The notes under the pieces: model-generated
What the model was told of the DNA's origin: nothing
Database searches by the model: none
What the model saw: only the letters and a program-made list of their open reading frames with translations
Shown: positions 38,310 through 50,960 of the stretch, one piece after another
Layout of the letters: every line of letters starts with the position of its first letter
Numbering within the stretch: position 1 is the stretch's first letter
Origin: Octopus bimaculoides
Lineage: Eukaryota
DNA length: 64,000 nt
Reading direction: 5' to 3'
Assembly (NCBI RefSeq): GCF_001194135.2
Contig: NC_068998.1
Span: 33,507,871 to 33,571,870, forward strand
Position numbers and translations under genes: made by a program

Positions 38310-39539
38310 ACCACCCCAAAACACTTTCTTCATGTTAGTTTTCTTGTATCACACGAATTATTAAATATCAAACTATTTATTAATTTCTAAGTGGTATTCA
38401 ATAGTACTCATGTTCTCTCTCTATATATTCTCCACTCCATCAAATGAGTAGTCAATATGTTACTCAGGGTACAATGAATGTGACGGTCATCTTGACTTCC
38501 ATATTTCTCTGTGTCATTGTAGTATCAGTGATGTATCATAGCAAGTTAGTTTGACAGAGTTATTTACAGCCAAGGTGTCTAAAGGATTTGAACTCAACAC
38601 TGCAATCTAAGAAGATATCTGTTTTTTCACTCCTTAGTTATTATTACTTATATGATAAAATCATTTTACAGCCAAGTGAATCATTTGTGAATTAAGTGAC
38701 TTGTTCATAGACACAAAACAGTACTGGTTAATTTAATTTGAATGGGTAGTTTCTTGTCTGGTTGCCCAGTACATTAACCATTTTGACATCCACGGTTTAA
38801 TTTGGATGTGTGAAATTATAAAAAACTTTTTAAAAATACCTCATTTCCTTCTCTGCCTTGTAGAAACCAGAAGAAAACAAAATATTGTCAGAAAATTAAA
38901 ATATTTCTCACAGCATCTACCTTAATAATAGATTGAGGTCCTCCATCTAGTAATTTCCTTGCATGCATGCAGATGTCAGGTTTGTGACAGAAGAGGACAG
39001 AGCAGGCAAAGACTGCTTCCATTACACTGTTATAGATACCATGTGAATAGGAGGTGGAAGATGCTACATCTTGTACATGGCATTAAACAGTGCAGCTGCT
39101 TGTATAAAAGAAGTGGAAACAGTGATATTGTATATAACCTTCAAACATTGCCTCTACTGAAAAAAATAAACATTGAGTATCATTGTTTTACCAGGCTTCC
39201 AACAACAAAATAAGATTGAAACTTGTTTTTTGAATTAAACAAATTTGTGCAAGCAGGCATATATGCTTTGATATTACACACAACACACTGGCCCTAGAAA
39301 TAAGGTTTCAAACCATAACTATGTGCTAGGGAGTCAAGTACCTTAACTCAATATTTTTCATAAAAGATGGTTAGGGGAAATTGGAAGGGTCAAACAAATT
39401 GCTATGCTTTATTAAGTTTAAATAGGAAGATCATGCATGCCTTAGAGTTACCACTGACACTTGCTACGTATAAAAAGATGAGAAAAATTGATTGTCTGAG
39501 ATTGAAAAAACGTTCTTAAAAATAAGATGAAGGTTAGGA

Positions 39540-40210
39540 CAATACAACAAGCACAACACAAGCATATGAAACTAAAACAGCAACAACAATAGCAATGTTA
39601 ATAACAACAATAGCTGCAACACCCCACACACAGACAACAATACCAACCAAAGCATTACCCACACTGTCACCAACACCAGCTCACCCACAACAATAACAAC
39701 AATGAAAACACCACCACCAGCAACAACAATGCCAGCAACCTTAACAACAACAAATACACTGATAGTAACACCGGTAGCACCCTACACTTTGTCTTCTATA
39801 ACCCCAACAACAAATCATATGACACGACAAGGATCTACCCCATAGATTTACCCTTCAACAAAAGGGTATGTATTCCACCACAAACTGGCAGTGAGACAGA
39901 GGCAAATATTTCTTTAGCTAGAAATAAACTCTGACACATCTTAGACCAATATAACAAAACCATTAAAAAACATAATAAAGAGGAGACCCACTAACTCAGT
40001 TCATCAGTTGCCAAAGACCTACAAAAACTGAAACAGTGAATTAGGAACAGGGAATTAGTGTGCCTCCCTACAGACAAGTCTGGCAGACTGTTGATAGACA
40101 GCCCGCAGATCTATGTCCAGGCCATGCAACAAAGCATCAGTAGCATGAGAGAAGTTGCATCACAAGAACAAGAAAGAGTAGAGAAACTTCTTAATGTACA
40201 CATGGGAATG
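39540..40210 (+). mobile_element. Degraded PLE ORF, N-terminal part (Thr-rich stretch followed by a pre-RT motif)
   Basis: A/C-rich low-complexity stretch followed by ELVCLPTDKSGRLLIDSPQIYVQAMQQ, resembling the PLE (P/A)DK(S/G)G...Y motif upstream of RT. Confidence 0.45.
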
Positions 40211-40842
40211 TAATACAACTCAATCTGTCCTTCTCTCTATTGATCTGATCTTAAAGATACTCAAAAATAGTAAGGCTAATTTCTATATCGGTATTGGTTT
40301 GGAAAATATGTAATAGTAATTAGAAAATATCAATAAATTTTATTTTAATTAATTTCTCAGAGTGATTGTAAAAACACATTTGAATACATTGTTGGGCTGA
40401 AATAATAAACTAACACATTTGTCTATGATTAGAGGTGATAGCAGCAATCATTTGAATGTTTATGATGATTCTTTATCAGAGTACTCTTACACTTGTTGAG
40501 AACTTGACAATTTCTCTAGTGCTGCCATCACAGACATCCAGCCATGGAAATACTGCCCTATTAAGGAAACAGAATCTGGTTTCACCAATCCATTTAGGAG
40601 GGCAGTAACTTTAAATAAGAACTAACATTAACTTCACTACACGATCCAGCCTATGCTAACATGGAAAGTAGATATTCAAGAAATAATGAACATGATGATT
40701 TATTTCTACAGACATGCATACGACTTTGTAGGGATACGAAAGTGTGGCTGCAGATTGTCAGATTGCATATTTGTTGTTTCACAGAAGATGCACTGTGTTT
40801 GGTCACTTGGTACTGCTTTTTACTTTCATTTATTGCTGAAGT

Positions 40843-41433
40843 CAGGGCTGGCCTTAAACCGATTGGACCGACTGCTCCTAATTGGGCCCCATGCCAAAGG
40901 GGGCCCTATGCTCAAGAGGGCCACATTCTATAATGCAACATTTCATAGAGGTAGTCTCCCCGAAGTCTTAAAAAAAAAATGTACAAGGTCTTTCAAAAGT
41001 AAGAAAAACATACATTCTACACTTTAGTGACATGAGATTTCAAAACGTAAACTCATTCATCCAAAACTGCTTGGATCGGATGCTGAATTTGAAGAAATTT
41101 ATTGTATTTTTAGTGTAAGGGTCAATATGTATGCTTGTATGTGAATGTTTGGGAGTGTTTTGGGGGATGTTTGGGTAAAATATTTGTGTGTCTGTGAGAG
41201 TATGTATGTGAGTGAATTGTATGTATGTATGTGTGCATAAATATGTTTAATTTTGGGGAAACGTTTTTTATTTCAGTTAAAGAGTATCTTTTACACATAT
41301 ATAATAAATAAAAAATGCACATTAAGTACAGGACTTATCTCTGTATGTTTACATATTCTTCACTTGTTGGTGATGTCCTAAGTATCTTTTATGTTTATAA
41401 TCAAACACCATGCAGCCTTGTCCACAATATATG

Positions 41434-41513
<80 letters not shown>

Positions 41514-41528
41514 GAGAATGTGTCTGTG

Positions 41529-41559
<31 letters not shown>

Positions 41560-42853
41560 GTGAATCCCTAAAACTCGAGAACTACGCAACCAATTTCATT
41601 CAAATTTTACAGATGCCTTACTTAGGGTTCCAGTTGTGTTTTAGTCAAAAAAAATTATTAACTTCTTGCGGAGTTCGAGCCCACGGCAACATAATATCTC
41701 CTCCACTATTTAAGTATTNNNNNNNNNNNNNNNNNNNNNNNNNNNNNNNNNNNNNNNNNNNNNNNNNNNNNNNNNNNNNNNNNNNNNNNNNNNNNNNNNN
41801 NNNNNNNNNNNNNNNNNNNNNNNNNNNNNNNNNNNNNNNNNNNNNNNNNNNNNNNNNNNNNNNNNNNNNNNNNNNNNNNNNNNNNNNNNNNNNNNNNNNN
41901 NNNNNNNNNNNNNNNNNNNNNNNNNNNNNNNNNNNNNNNNNNNNNNNNNNNNNNNNNNNNNNNNNNNNNNNNNNNNNNNNNNNNNNNNNNNNNNNNNNNN
42001 NNNNNNNNNNNNNNNNNNNNNNNNNNNNNNNNNNNNNNNNNNNNNNNNNNNNNNNNNNNNNNNNNNNNNNNNNNNNNNNNNNNNNNNNNNNNNNNNNNNN
42101 NNNNNNNNNNNNNNNNNNNNNNNNNNNNNNNNNNNNNNNNNNNNNNNNNNNNNNNNNNNNNNNNNNNNNNNNNNNNNNNNNNNNNNNNNNNNNNNNNNNN
42201 NNNNNNNNNNNNNNNNNNNNNNNNNNNNNNNNNNNNNNNNNNNNNNNNNNNNNNNNNNNNNNNNNNNNNNNNNNNNNNNNNNNNNNNNNNNNNNNNNNNN
42301 NNNNNNNNNNNNNNNNNNNNNNNNNNNNNNNNNNNNNNNNNNNNNNNNNNNNNNNNNNNNNNNNNNNNNNNNNNNNNNNNNNNNNNNNNNNNNNNNNNNN
42401 NNNNNNNNNNNNNNNNNNNNNNNNNNNNNNNNNNNNNNNNNNNNNNNNNNNNNNNNNNNNNNNNNNNNNNNNNNNNNNNNNNNNNNNNNCACTTGCAAAG
42501 TGTTGAGTAAAATTATTTCGTTGCAGACCTCCTTTGGGTCTTTTTATTATCACTACGACACACATAGTCCCCAGTTGGTAACATTGATTTCAAGGCCCTC
42601 CTGGATGAGAGACTCGCATTCCACTTAATGTCTATGTTCCATGCTGGCATGGATTGGAGAGTTATTAATGTAGAAATATGGTATCGTAGCTACTAACAGT
42701 TGAGGGTTGCATAGTCTAGACGGCGTTTTTAGATTTCATTATTCTCTTTAACCCGGGCAAAGCCGGGTATTTCTGCTAGTATATATATATATATATATAT
42801 GTTTCTATATGTTTAATTTTGGGGAAACTTTATTATTTCAATAAAGTGTATTT

Positions 42854-42884
<31 letters not shown>

Positions 42885-43295
42885 GTATGCATGTATGTAT
42901 TTATGTATATATGTATGTAATAAAGTAAGCAAAAAAAAAATGAAAGAGGCAAATGGCTAAATGGATGTGTATGTGTAAAAGAATTCAGTACTCAGTATTG
43001 TGGCTACAATGATTAAAGGTAAAAAGTTCAATTATTTTTGACAGTGGTTTGGTTGAGGTCTTTGTATTTATGTGTATGATTGTATGTATATGTATTTTTA
43101 TATTGTCGGGAATTGTATACATACACACATGTGTGTGTATAGTGGAAGAGAGAAAGATGGGAGAGGTGAGATAAAATTTCTTGTCTCTTGTTCAAGAGAG
43201 AAAATCTCTTTGCAATGGTACCCAGTCAGGTTTTAGACAAGCACAAACACGCAGCGACACTCATACAGCTGCACACACACATACACACACGCACA

Positions 43296-43347
<52 letters not shown>

Positions 43348-44063
43348 NNNNNNNNNNNNNNNNNNNNNNNNNNNNNNNNNNNNNNNNNNNNNNNNNNNNN
43401 NNNNNNNNNNNNNNNNNNNNNNNNNNNNNNNNNNNNNNNNNNNNNNNNNNNNNNNNNNNNNNNNNNNNNNNNNNNNNNNNNNNNNNNNNNNNNNNNNNNN
43501 NNNNNNNNNNNNNNNNNNNNNNNNNNNNNNNNNNNNNNNNNNNNNNNNNNNNNNNNNNNNNNNNNNNNNNNNNNNNNNNNNNNNNNNNNNNNNNNNNNNN
43601 NNNNNNNNNNNNNNNNNNNNNNNNNNNNNNNNNNNNNNNNNNNNNNNNNNNNNNNNNNNNNNNNNNNNNNNNNNNNNNNNNNNNNNNNNNNNNNNNNNNN
43701 NNNNNNNNNNNNNNNNNNNNNNNNNNNNNNNNNNNNNNNNNNNNNNNNNNNNNNNNNNNNNNNNNNNNNNNNNNNNNNNNNNNNNNNNNNNNNNNNNNNN
43801 NNNNNNNNNNNNNNNNNNNNNNNNNNNNNNNNNNNNNNNNNNNNNNNNNNNNNNNNNNNNNNNNNNNNNNNNNNNNNNNNNNNNNNNNNNNNNNNNNNNN
43901 NNNNNNNNNNNNNNNNNNNNNNNNNNNNNNNNNNNNNNNNNNNNNNNNNNNNNNNNNNNNNNNNNNNNNNNNNNNNNNNNNNNNNNNNNNNNNNNNNNNN
44001 NNNNNNNNNNNNNNNNNNNNNNNNNNNNNNNNNNNNNNNNNNNNNNNNNNNNNNNNNNNNNNN

Positions 44064-44100
<37 letters not shown>

Positions 44101-44451
44101 GTGTGTGTATATATATGCATATCATCATCATCGTTTACCATCCGTTTTCCATGCTAGTATGGGTTAGACAGTTTGACAAGGGCCGACAAGCTAGGGTCTA
44201 CGTCTGGCACCCATCTGGTTTGCCATGCTTTTTGTGGCTGGATGCCCTTCCTATCGCCACCACCTCACAGCATGGACTGAGTGCTTTTTACGTGGCACAG
44301 CGTGGTAGCATAGTTTCAATGGCTGGATTTTTATATATTTATGATTTTTATATTTTTATGATTCTATAGACGTTGGTGCAAGTTGACTGGGAACCTGGGG
44401 CCCACCAAAATTGTTCCCAATTGGGCCCTGCACTTCTTAAGGGTGGCCCTA
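40843..44451 (+). mobile_element. Non-autonomous hAT-type element with an 8-bp TSD and nested insertions
   Basis: 5' TIR cagggctggcct at 40843 and degenerate 3' TIR agggtggcccta ending at 44451. Flanks are GCTGAAGT (40835-40842) and GCTGAACT (44452-44459), a 7/8 match. The subterminal motif aattgggccc occurs at both ends. Confidence 0.8.
41500..42779 (+). mobile_element. Non-autonomous Helitron nested inside the hAT element
   Basis: 5' tatataaaaatgagaatg plus (TGTC)n. The 3' hairpin acccgg-gcaaag-ccgggt (42751-42768) is followed by CTAG|T at 42776-42780. There is an internal gap. Confidence 0.82.
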
Positions 44452-44659
44452 GCTGAACTGTTTGGTTTACAATGCATTAAAGTCTTGGGCACCCACCATC
44501 ATAGACAGTCCATCTCCATTTGTGTTGTTTAGTTAGCAGATTCCCACATATTCACATTGAAAGTCCACATTTTAAAATTTCCTTTAAGTGTGTCTTTGTC
44601 TTTCTTGAATACACTTAACTTCATTCAGCTGGAAATAAAACAGTTACATGGTGATGACA

Positions 44660-44930
44660 GTATGTTAGTGAGGAAGATAATGACGATGATGATGATGATG
44701 ATAATGAGGAGGAGAAGAGATCAATAGAGAAATGAATAATAAGGAAAAGTATAAAGAGTTTGATGACTAAATAGGTAAGAGCAATAATATGATGACAGTG
44801 ATGATGATGATGACGACGACGATGACGACGATGATGACGTCAACAACAACAGTCACAGTAGTAGAAGTGGCAGCAGTGGTTTGGTGGCTGTAGTGGTTGT
44901 AGTGGTGGTGGTGGTGGTAGTGTAGCATAA
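44660..44930. repeat. Trinucleotide low-complexity block (GAT/GAC/GTA/GTG)n
   Basis: Read directly from the sequence. Confidence 0.9.
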
Positions 44931-45116
44931 AGAAACAGATAAAAAAGATGATGGTAATAATGTATATCATTCGAAGTTTTGATGTCACACATAACTAATA
45001 CTGATATCAAGTTTTGACAACAGTATGATGCCAGAGAGAGACTGCTTCATACAAATGGACAGACAGGTGCAAACTGTCTCTCATTTAATTAATCATTTTG
45101 ACTAAAGTACACTCAC

Positions 45117-45169
45117 CAAACGATACAAATGAACACAGAACACAGCAGACAACACAGAACCTGAACCAT
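45117..45169 (-). CDS. Candidate first coding exon with a signal-peptide-like sequence MVQVLCCLLCSVFICIV(W/C)
   Basis: ATG in a strong context (catt-ATG-G, A at -3 and G at +4), 17 hydrophobic codons, then TTTG|gtgagt. It lies just downstream, on the minus strand, of the CpG island. Confidence 0.33.
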
Positions 45170-45344
45170 AATGCACACAATAAAAATATAAACTGTCACA
45201 TTTTACAACAGTAAAATACATAATTCATTTTATAATATAAACATAACACAAACACAATCTTCTAAAGAAGTAGTTATTGTGCAGTTACTTGATCTTTCTG
45301 AAGCAGCAGTCAATTTTTCCTCAAATCACACCCTTATGTAAAGA

Positions 45345-45600
45345 TACTCAAATGCGCCGTGCGCATGCGTAGTCTCACGCATGTGTGGAATTAAACAAGC
45401 AAGCGTTCCCGCTTTAATCTTTCTCTTTTACGGTCGGCCGACCATGAGCACGGACGTGTCAAGAGTGTCTCTAATACTCCAACCTGGAGACAGTCTCTTT
45501 ACGTGTTAAGCTGTCTCTCTACATCTTTCGGACTTACACTCGACAGCTCGCTTACAACTACAGAACAACGTCTCAATAACTATGCTCATACACAACAGAA
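45345..45600. promoter_or_regulatory. CpG-rich promoter-like island with an NRF1-like motif
   Basis: Dense CpGs in an otherwise CpG-poor window, with no similar copy elsewhere in the window. TGCGCATGCG at 45360-45369, perfect palindrome GGTCGGCCGACC at 45432-45443, and a minus-strand GTAAGT donor-like site at 45532-45537. Confidence 0.55.
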
Positions 45601-46644
45601 GCTGTAACAACAAGAACTAAAGATATGTATATATTTACCACCTGAATAAAGTGTTGTTTAAGTTGATAGTCTGGAGTTCAGCATTCCATTATATTCTATA
45701 ATTTTATAGTAGGAAAGTCAGGTATAACATCCAAAGATGAACAACCCACTTTCTACTAAAGTGTATTGCAGATTTTTAGTAATATAATTTAATGCTTAAA
45801 ATTTTTGAAAAATGGTCAAAGAAAGTATAATGTCATTCCTGGTCATGCTATACACAAGTATGATTAATAATACACAGTAAGCAATAGTTTGTGTTTTTTT
45901 TAAGTTTCCATACAAATTAAGTCAAACATTTTTATATGATCATCATTGCATAAAATAATGTTGAGATAACCTATCCTAATATGAAAGAAAAGATAGTTAC
46001 ATTAGAAACATGTAGTCTTAGATACACAATTCTGAATGAAAGCCAAGGTCTATAATCATAGCTGAGTCAGGACAGATCTGAAATTTAAACAATAACACAA
46101 GCACAGCACACAGCATATAACAGAAAACACACAACAAAACTCAGTCTGGCATACAATACACACTACATATCATAGTGTGCACAGAAACACAGCATAGTAA
46201 TATCACAATAAAGAAACATATTTAGCTTATTTTTTTATACTTCTGTATTGAATCAATTCTAACCTAACTCATTACTGGTTTAGTACCATTCCATGACTCT
46301 TTGATGATTTTTGTAAACTTATTTTTAGGAAGGAGATATAATTCAACACCAACATTTGGCTCTTGGTGTCTCAAGTGGAGTCCTCTTTGTTACAAGCTTT
46401 TGGATCAGTTCTTTGGTATTGATGTGTTCCTTGTTTCTGTATCTTCCTTGTACTGTGCCATGGCTTGTTAGCTGGTCAGGTGAAAATTGTTCTCAAGTTG
46501 TTGCTAGATAAGCTAGGTGCATAGATCTCTGAGTAGTGCCTTGATTGGCAACTGTCTTTGATGATAGTGATGTTATTGTATTATAGCAGAAACTTTGCTA
46601 AATAATAGGATAGCCCTTTTTTTATTTTTAGTATACAATCAATA

Positions 46645-47062
46645 GGCTGTGTGGTAAGAAGTTTACTTCCCAACCACATGGCTCTGGGTTCAGTTCCACT
46701 GCATGGCACCTTGGACAAGTGCCTTTTACTGTAGCACTGCACTGGCCAAAGCCTTGTGATTGAATTTAGTAGATAGAAACTGAAAGAAGCCTGTCATATA
46801 TATGTATGATATGTGTGGGAGTATGTTAGTGTCCCCTTGTCTAGGCATCACATTATAGTCATAAATGATTGTCACTGTCATACAAGCAGTGTCATCCATT
46901 TCCCATATTCTGCAAGAACATTTCTGCTCATGGGGAAATATTACCTTAGGTGGAAACAGGTAAGGGTTGGCAAATGGAAGGGCATCCAGCCATAGAAAAT
47001 TTGCCTCAGTAAACTCTGACCTATGCAAGCATGAAATATTGGACATTAAAATGATGAGGAGG
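46645..47062 (+). mobile_element. tRNA-headed SINE with an RTE-derived 3' tail
   Basis: Head ggctgtgtggtaagaagtttacttcccaaccacatgg... as in the other SINEs. The tail ggaagggcatccagccatagaaaat...ctatgcaagcatg...ggacattaaaatgatga matches the RTE 3' end. Confidence 0.75.
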
Positions 47063-47169
47063 ACATGTGAAATGACTCTCAATTTTGTGCCTTATCAACT
47101 TAAACTGCAATGGTTTAGTCTGACAGAGAACTTCTGAGCCAAGAAATGAAAAACTGATGGTCTTGAAAT

Positions 47170-47720
47170 ATGGGCAATGAGGCAGGGATGTCATGGCAGA
47201 CATGGTTGAAGAGTTTGCTATGTCAAAAGCAATTACATTACTTTTAGCAAAATTTTCAATGGTGAGGTGTCACAGAAGCATGGGTTAGGTTATCAGGCTT
47301 CTTGTAGCATTGGCTATACCAAAAATCTTTCAATAATGTGTGAGTCCCAAAAGGATGAGGGTTTGTTACTGCTATAACTGTATCCAGGAAAACCCTACTT
47401 CTTTGGAAAAGAATATCTCAAAATGTTGGGTTATTTCCCAATGCTTATAGTCTGATAGTTACAAGAAGTCACTTTGTTGAGTTGGTATAACTGAAGAAAG
47501 TTGCAATTTGAGAGGCAAGCAAGCTTCCCTCACAAGAGAACCAATAGCTTTCATGATGCAAAAGCAGATGTTCATGAGAGAGCATTCTCAGTTGGAGCTG
47601 TTAGGTGACTTCCTGTATATTAATGAAGAAGAGAACGATGCTTGAACATCAATGCCTTTGACTGTCTGATGTTCAGGAGCAAAAGTACTTTTGGTCCCTC
47701 CATCATAATTAACATGCATA
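47170..47720 (-). mobile_element. Heavily degraded LINE RT remnant (Jockey/CR1-like)
   Basis: Minus-strand traces of PxxKxxD...NYxxIS (ttataccaactcaacaaagtgacttcttgtaactatcagactataagc) and VIAFDI..F.HV.H (gtaattgcttttgacatagc...aaccatgtctgccat). Confidence 0.4.
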
Positions 47721-48161
47721 ATAGTCAAAAGGAAAAATTTGCATTCCTTTAAAACCGCACTCAAGTGACTTCCCCACCTTCACCTCTATTCCTACCTTTT
47801 GGTACTTACTACCTCTCAAATTTGCACCCTATTCGTAATTAATTCAAGCATTCAAATGTTATTGCCAATTATAGTTGTTATAAAATCTTTTGAATGTGCA
47901 GCATTGAAGGCAAAGATTTTAAGAACTGGAGACAATAAGAATTGAAATGTAAAAGGTCAGCTGCTTTAGCAAATTAAATTGTGTAAAATAGAGCTTTAAG
48001 CTAAAATTCATTTGAAAATACTGTAATGATCTCTGTTTACATTAATTAAAAAAGATATTCCATCTTAGTCAGAATTTCAAATTCATGACAAGTTGATATT
48101 TAGACTGTTGAGAAGATAAATGTGCAAACACCTTAATTTCAAATGAAACATTTCTATAATA

Positions 48162-48165
<4 letters not shown>

Positions 48166-48208
<43 letters not shown>
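48166..48208. repeat. (GT)n microsatellite
   Basis: Perfect array. Confidence 0.97.
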
Positions 48209-48210
<2 letters not shown>

Positions 48211-49355
48211 ATATTCTGATATTTCTGCTGCATTTATATTCTTTCTTTATATATCAGATTTAATTAAAAATTTCCACTATCAAACTTTTATTAACTTGAA
48301 CTCAAACCAAGCTTACTTTATGCACAAAAGAAACGGTTAAAATTCCTTTCTTCACTTAACTGTCTTCATCGCACATTAAACTAAAGTAATATAAGTTCAA
48401 TTACATACCAAGGATGGCCAATATCTATATGTATGCATGTATGTATTATGAATGTTTTCATGTATTATGTATTTATGTATGCATGTATGTATATATTTAT
48501 GTGTATATATATTATTGTTATAATTAGTATTAATTAAATAAAATATTATATTCTTACATTCATTTCACCCACTTTACCAGTCAGTTTCACACAGGGTTTG
48601 AGATAACCCTGGCATTGCTAAGATTGTCATAGTTTCTATTTGAAACTTATTTGTAAAGCAATGGATAGAATACAATATTGTATGATATTAGTAATACGAT
48701 ATGTATTCTATTAATCAATATATGAGTACATGTTTTTCCTGATGAGCTTAATGTATGAATATTGACTAATGAATTTGTATATTAATGGATAGCATTCTGA
48801 GTCACATTTTTTCTTTAAAAACGAACTCCTTTTATAAGGATGGCCAGAATAGATGTAATTTGTGACACAGCTTTATATACTATTCTCTCTTGAAAATTTA
48901 ATATATTTAAATTTTAATATATTGTCTGTGAATTTTCAACTTCATTTCTTCTATTCCTTCACATGTTTGGATTAATAACTCTCTCTCTGTTTGTCTCTCT
49001 CGCTCTCTATGTATATATATATATACATGTGGGACTTGAACCCACATCCCTTTGTTATTATTTACAGAATTATAAAACTCGACACTGCTTAACAAAACCG
49101 TTCACACCAAAAGTACATAAAGTTTGTTTACAAAAACAACTATGAACTAATATAGTTCTTAAATTTGACAGAAAGGAGCAGGCTGGGTTGCTGGTGTAAT
49201 TGGTAACACACTCAGTCATGTTAACAAAGGGATGTGGGTTCGAATGTTATGCATATGGGAAAGCCTACTTTTTCTGTCAAGGGCTTATATGCCCATTATT
49301 ATTATTTACAGAATTGTAAAACTCAGCACCACTTAACAGAACTATTCACACTGAA

Positions 49356-49394
<39 letters not shown>

Positions 49395-49436
49395 CATACA
49401 TATATATATACACACATACATGTGCTTGTATAGTTA

Positions 49437-49467
<31 letters not shown>

Positions 49468-50699
49468 GCATAAGGACAAAAGTAAAAGTACACATCTCTC
49501 ATTTTGATCTTTTACACTTTTCCCTTGCTTTATCTATTCCATAGCAACTAAATTAATATTTGTACTAATTACAAACACGTGTATATATAATATATTCCGA
49601 GTGATTGAGAGGGATGCATGTTTGTGTGTGTGCATGCATGCGTGTGTGTACATGTGCATGTGTGTGTGTACGTGTGCATGTGTGTGTCTGCATACATATG
49701 TATGTGAGCTTGTGTACTCAGCAGATTGACAGACAGACATATAGGAATTGTCAATACACAATATATCTTACTTTCATATGTCCATCTTTTTACTGATTTA
49801 CATCATTTATGGAAAAACGCCAAATAACTGCTAGAAAATGTCACTTAATACTGTGCTCAACAGAAAATATGTGTGATATGTCATCATTCTATGTTCCATT
49901 AATAGTTAATGGACCACATGATTGGTGATATCTGCTCTTTTCTTAAGTTGAAGATTTAGGAGTAGCATCATTCCTTCAATAAACTGTCATAAGAAGCAAC
50001 AATAAGAGATCCGTGTTCCAAACACTTTATTTAAAGAATGTTGTTAAAGCTCAACATTCATCTTAAGTAAGGGAAAGAACTAATCCACCACATGATACTT
50101 AAGATGTTAAAGGTGTTTAGAAAGTAGTGTTTATTTATAACTGTGTTGTATAAGTACAACTGCTGTTATAAGAGTAGGTACAAAACTATTTCAGTATCTC
50201 CTTTTTAGAAATGATTTTTTCTGTTATAGCTGCAGAAAGGCAATTTATTATGTATGAAAAAACAAACAAAAAAAAACACACAGAAGCCATTTTCTTTGGG
50301 TGTGCTGATTATATAGTCTGGTAATGAACTAATCTCCAACCCATATTACTTCAGTTTTAAGTTTTTCATCTTTAAGGAACATCTTTGTCTCATACTCTAA
50401 TTAATATTGTATCTAAAAACCAATCAGTATAAGATTTACATGACAGTAGAAACACCAACATTTTTATTCAATCTGATATCGCTAAGTGAAATGGAAATGT
50501 AATGACATCAACACAGATTAGTTCTTGATTTAAGAAAATAAAGCAACATTGAGATTCCATATAGTGAACATCAATACAAATATTAGTCATTGTTAGTCAT
50601 TCCCTGTCCCTGCTTGATTCTAATAATTGACTGAATTCATGTCTCAATATTTTTCTATGACATTTAAATTTGAAGAAGAAAATCCCCTTCAATCATGAA

Positions 50700-50960
50700 T
50701 GATCAGGGGATTGCACCTAGAAAGTTCCCCTTTGAGGCACAAGTCTGGGCAAAGTTGTTTATGGAAGACTAGCAGTCGTCCATGCCTACCAGCCTCCCCT
50801 CTCCATGCCACCAATGTTATCCAAGGGAGTGGACTGGAATAAGGTGAAATAAAACATCTTGCTCACAAACACAACACGCAGCTTGGTCTGGGAATCAAAC
50901 TCACTACCTCATGATTGCAAGCCCAGTGCTTTAACCACCGAGCCATGCACCCTCACATAA
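50700..50960 (-). mobile_element. tRNA-derived SINE (second head type)
   Basis: Minus head gagggtgcatggctcggtggttaaagcactgggcttgcaatcatgaggtagtgagtttgattccc contains A and B boxes and is similar to the head at 55442. Confidence 0.75.

Noticed and set aside
44660-44990. Poly-His/Thr/Val/Ile ORF 44767-44988
   Set aside because: It is a product of trinucleotide simple repeats.
45444-45509. Plus-strand ORF MSTDVSRVSLILQPGDSLFTC* after the palindrome
   Set aside because: Only 21 codons, with no convincing splice donor before the stop. Kept only as part of the promoter-like region.
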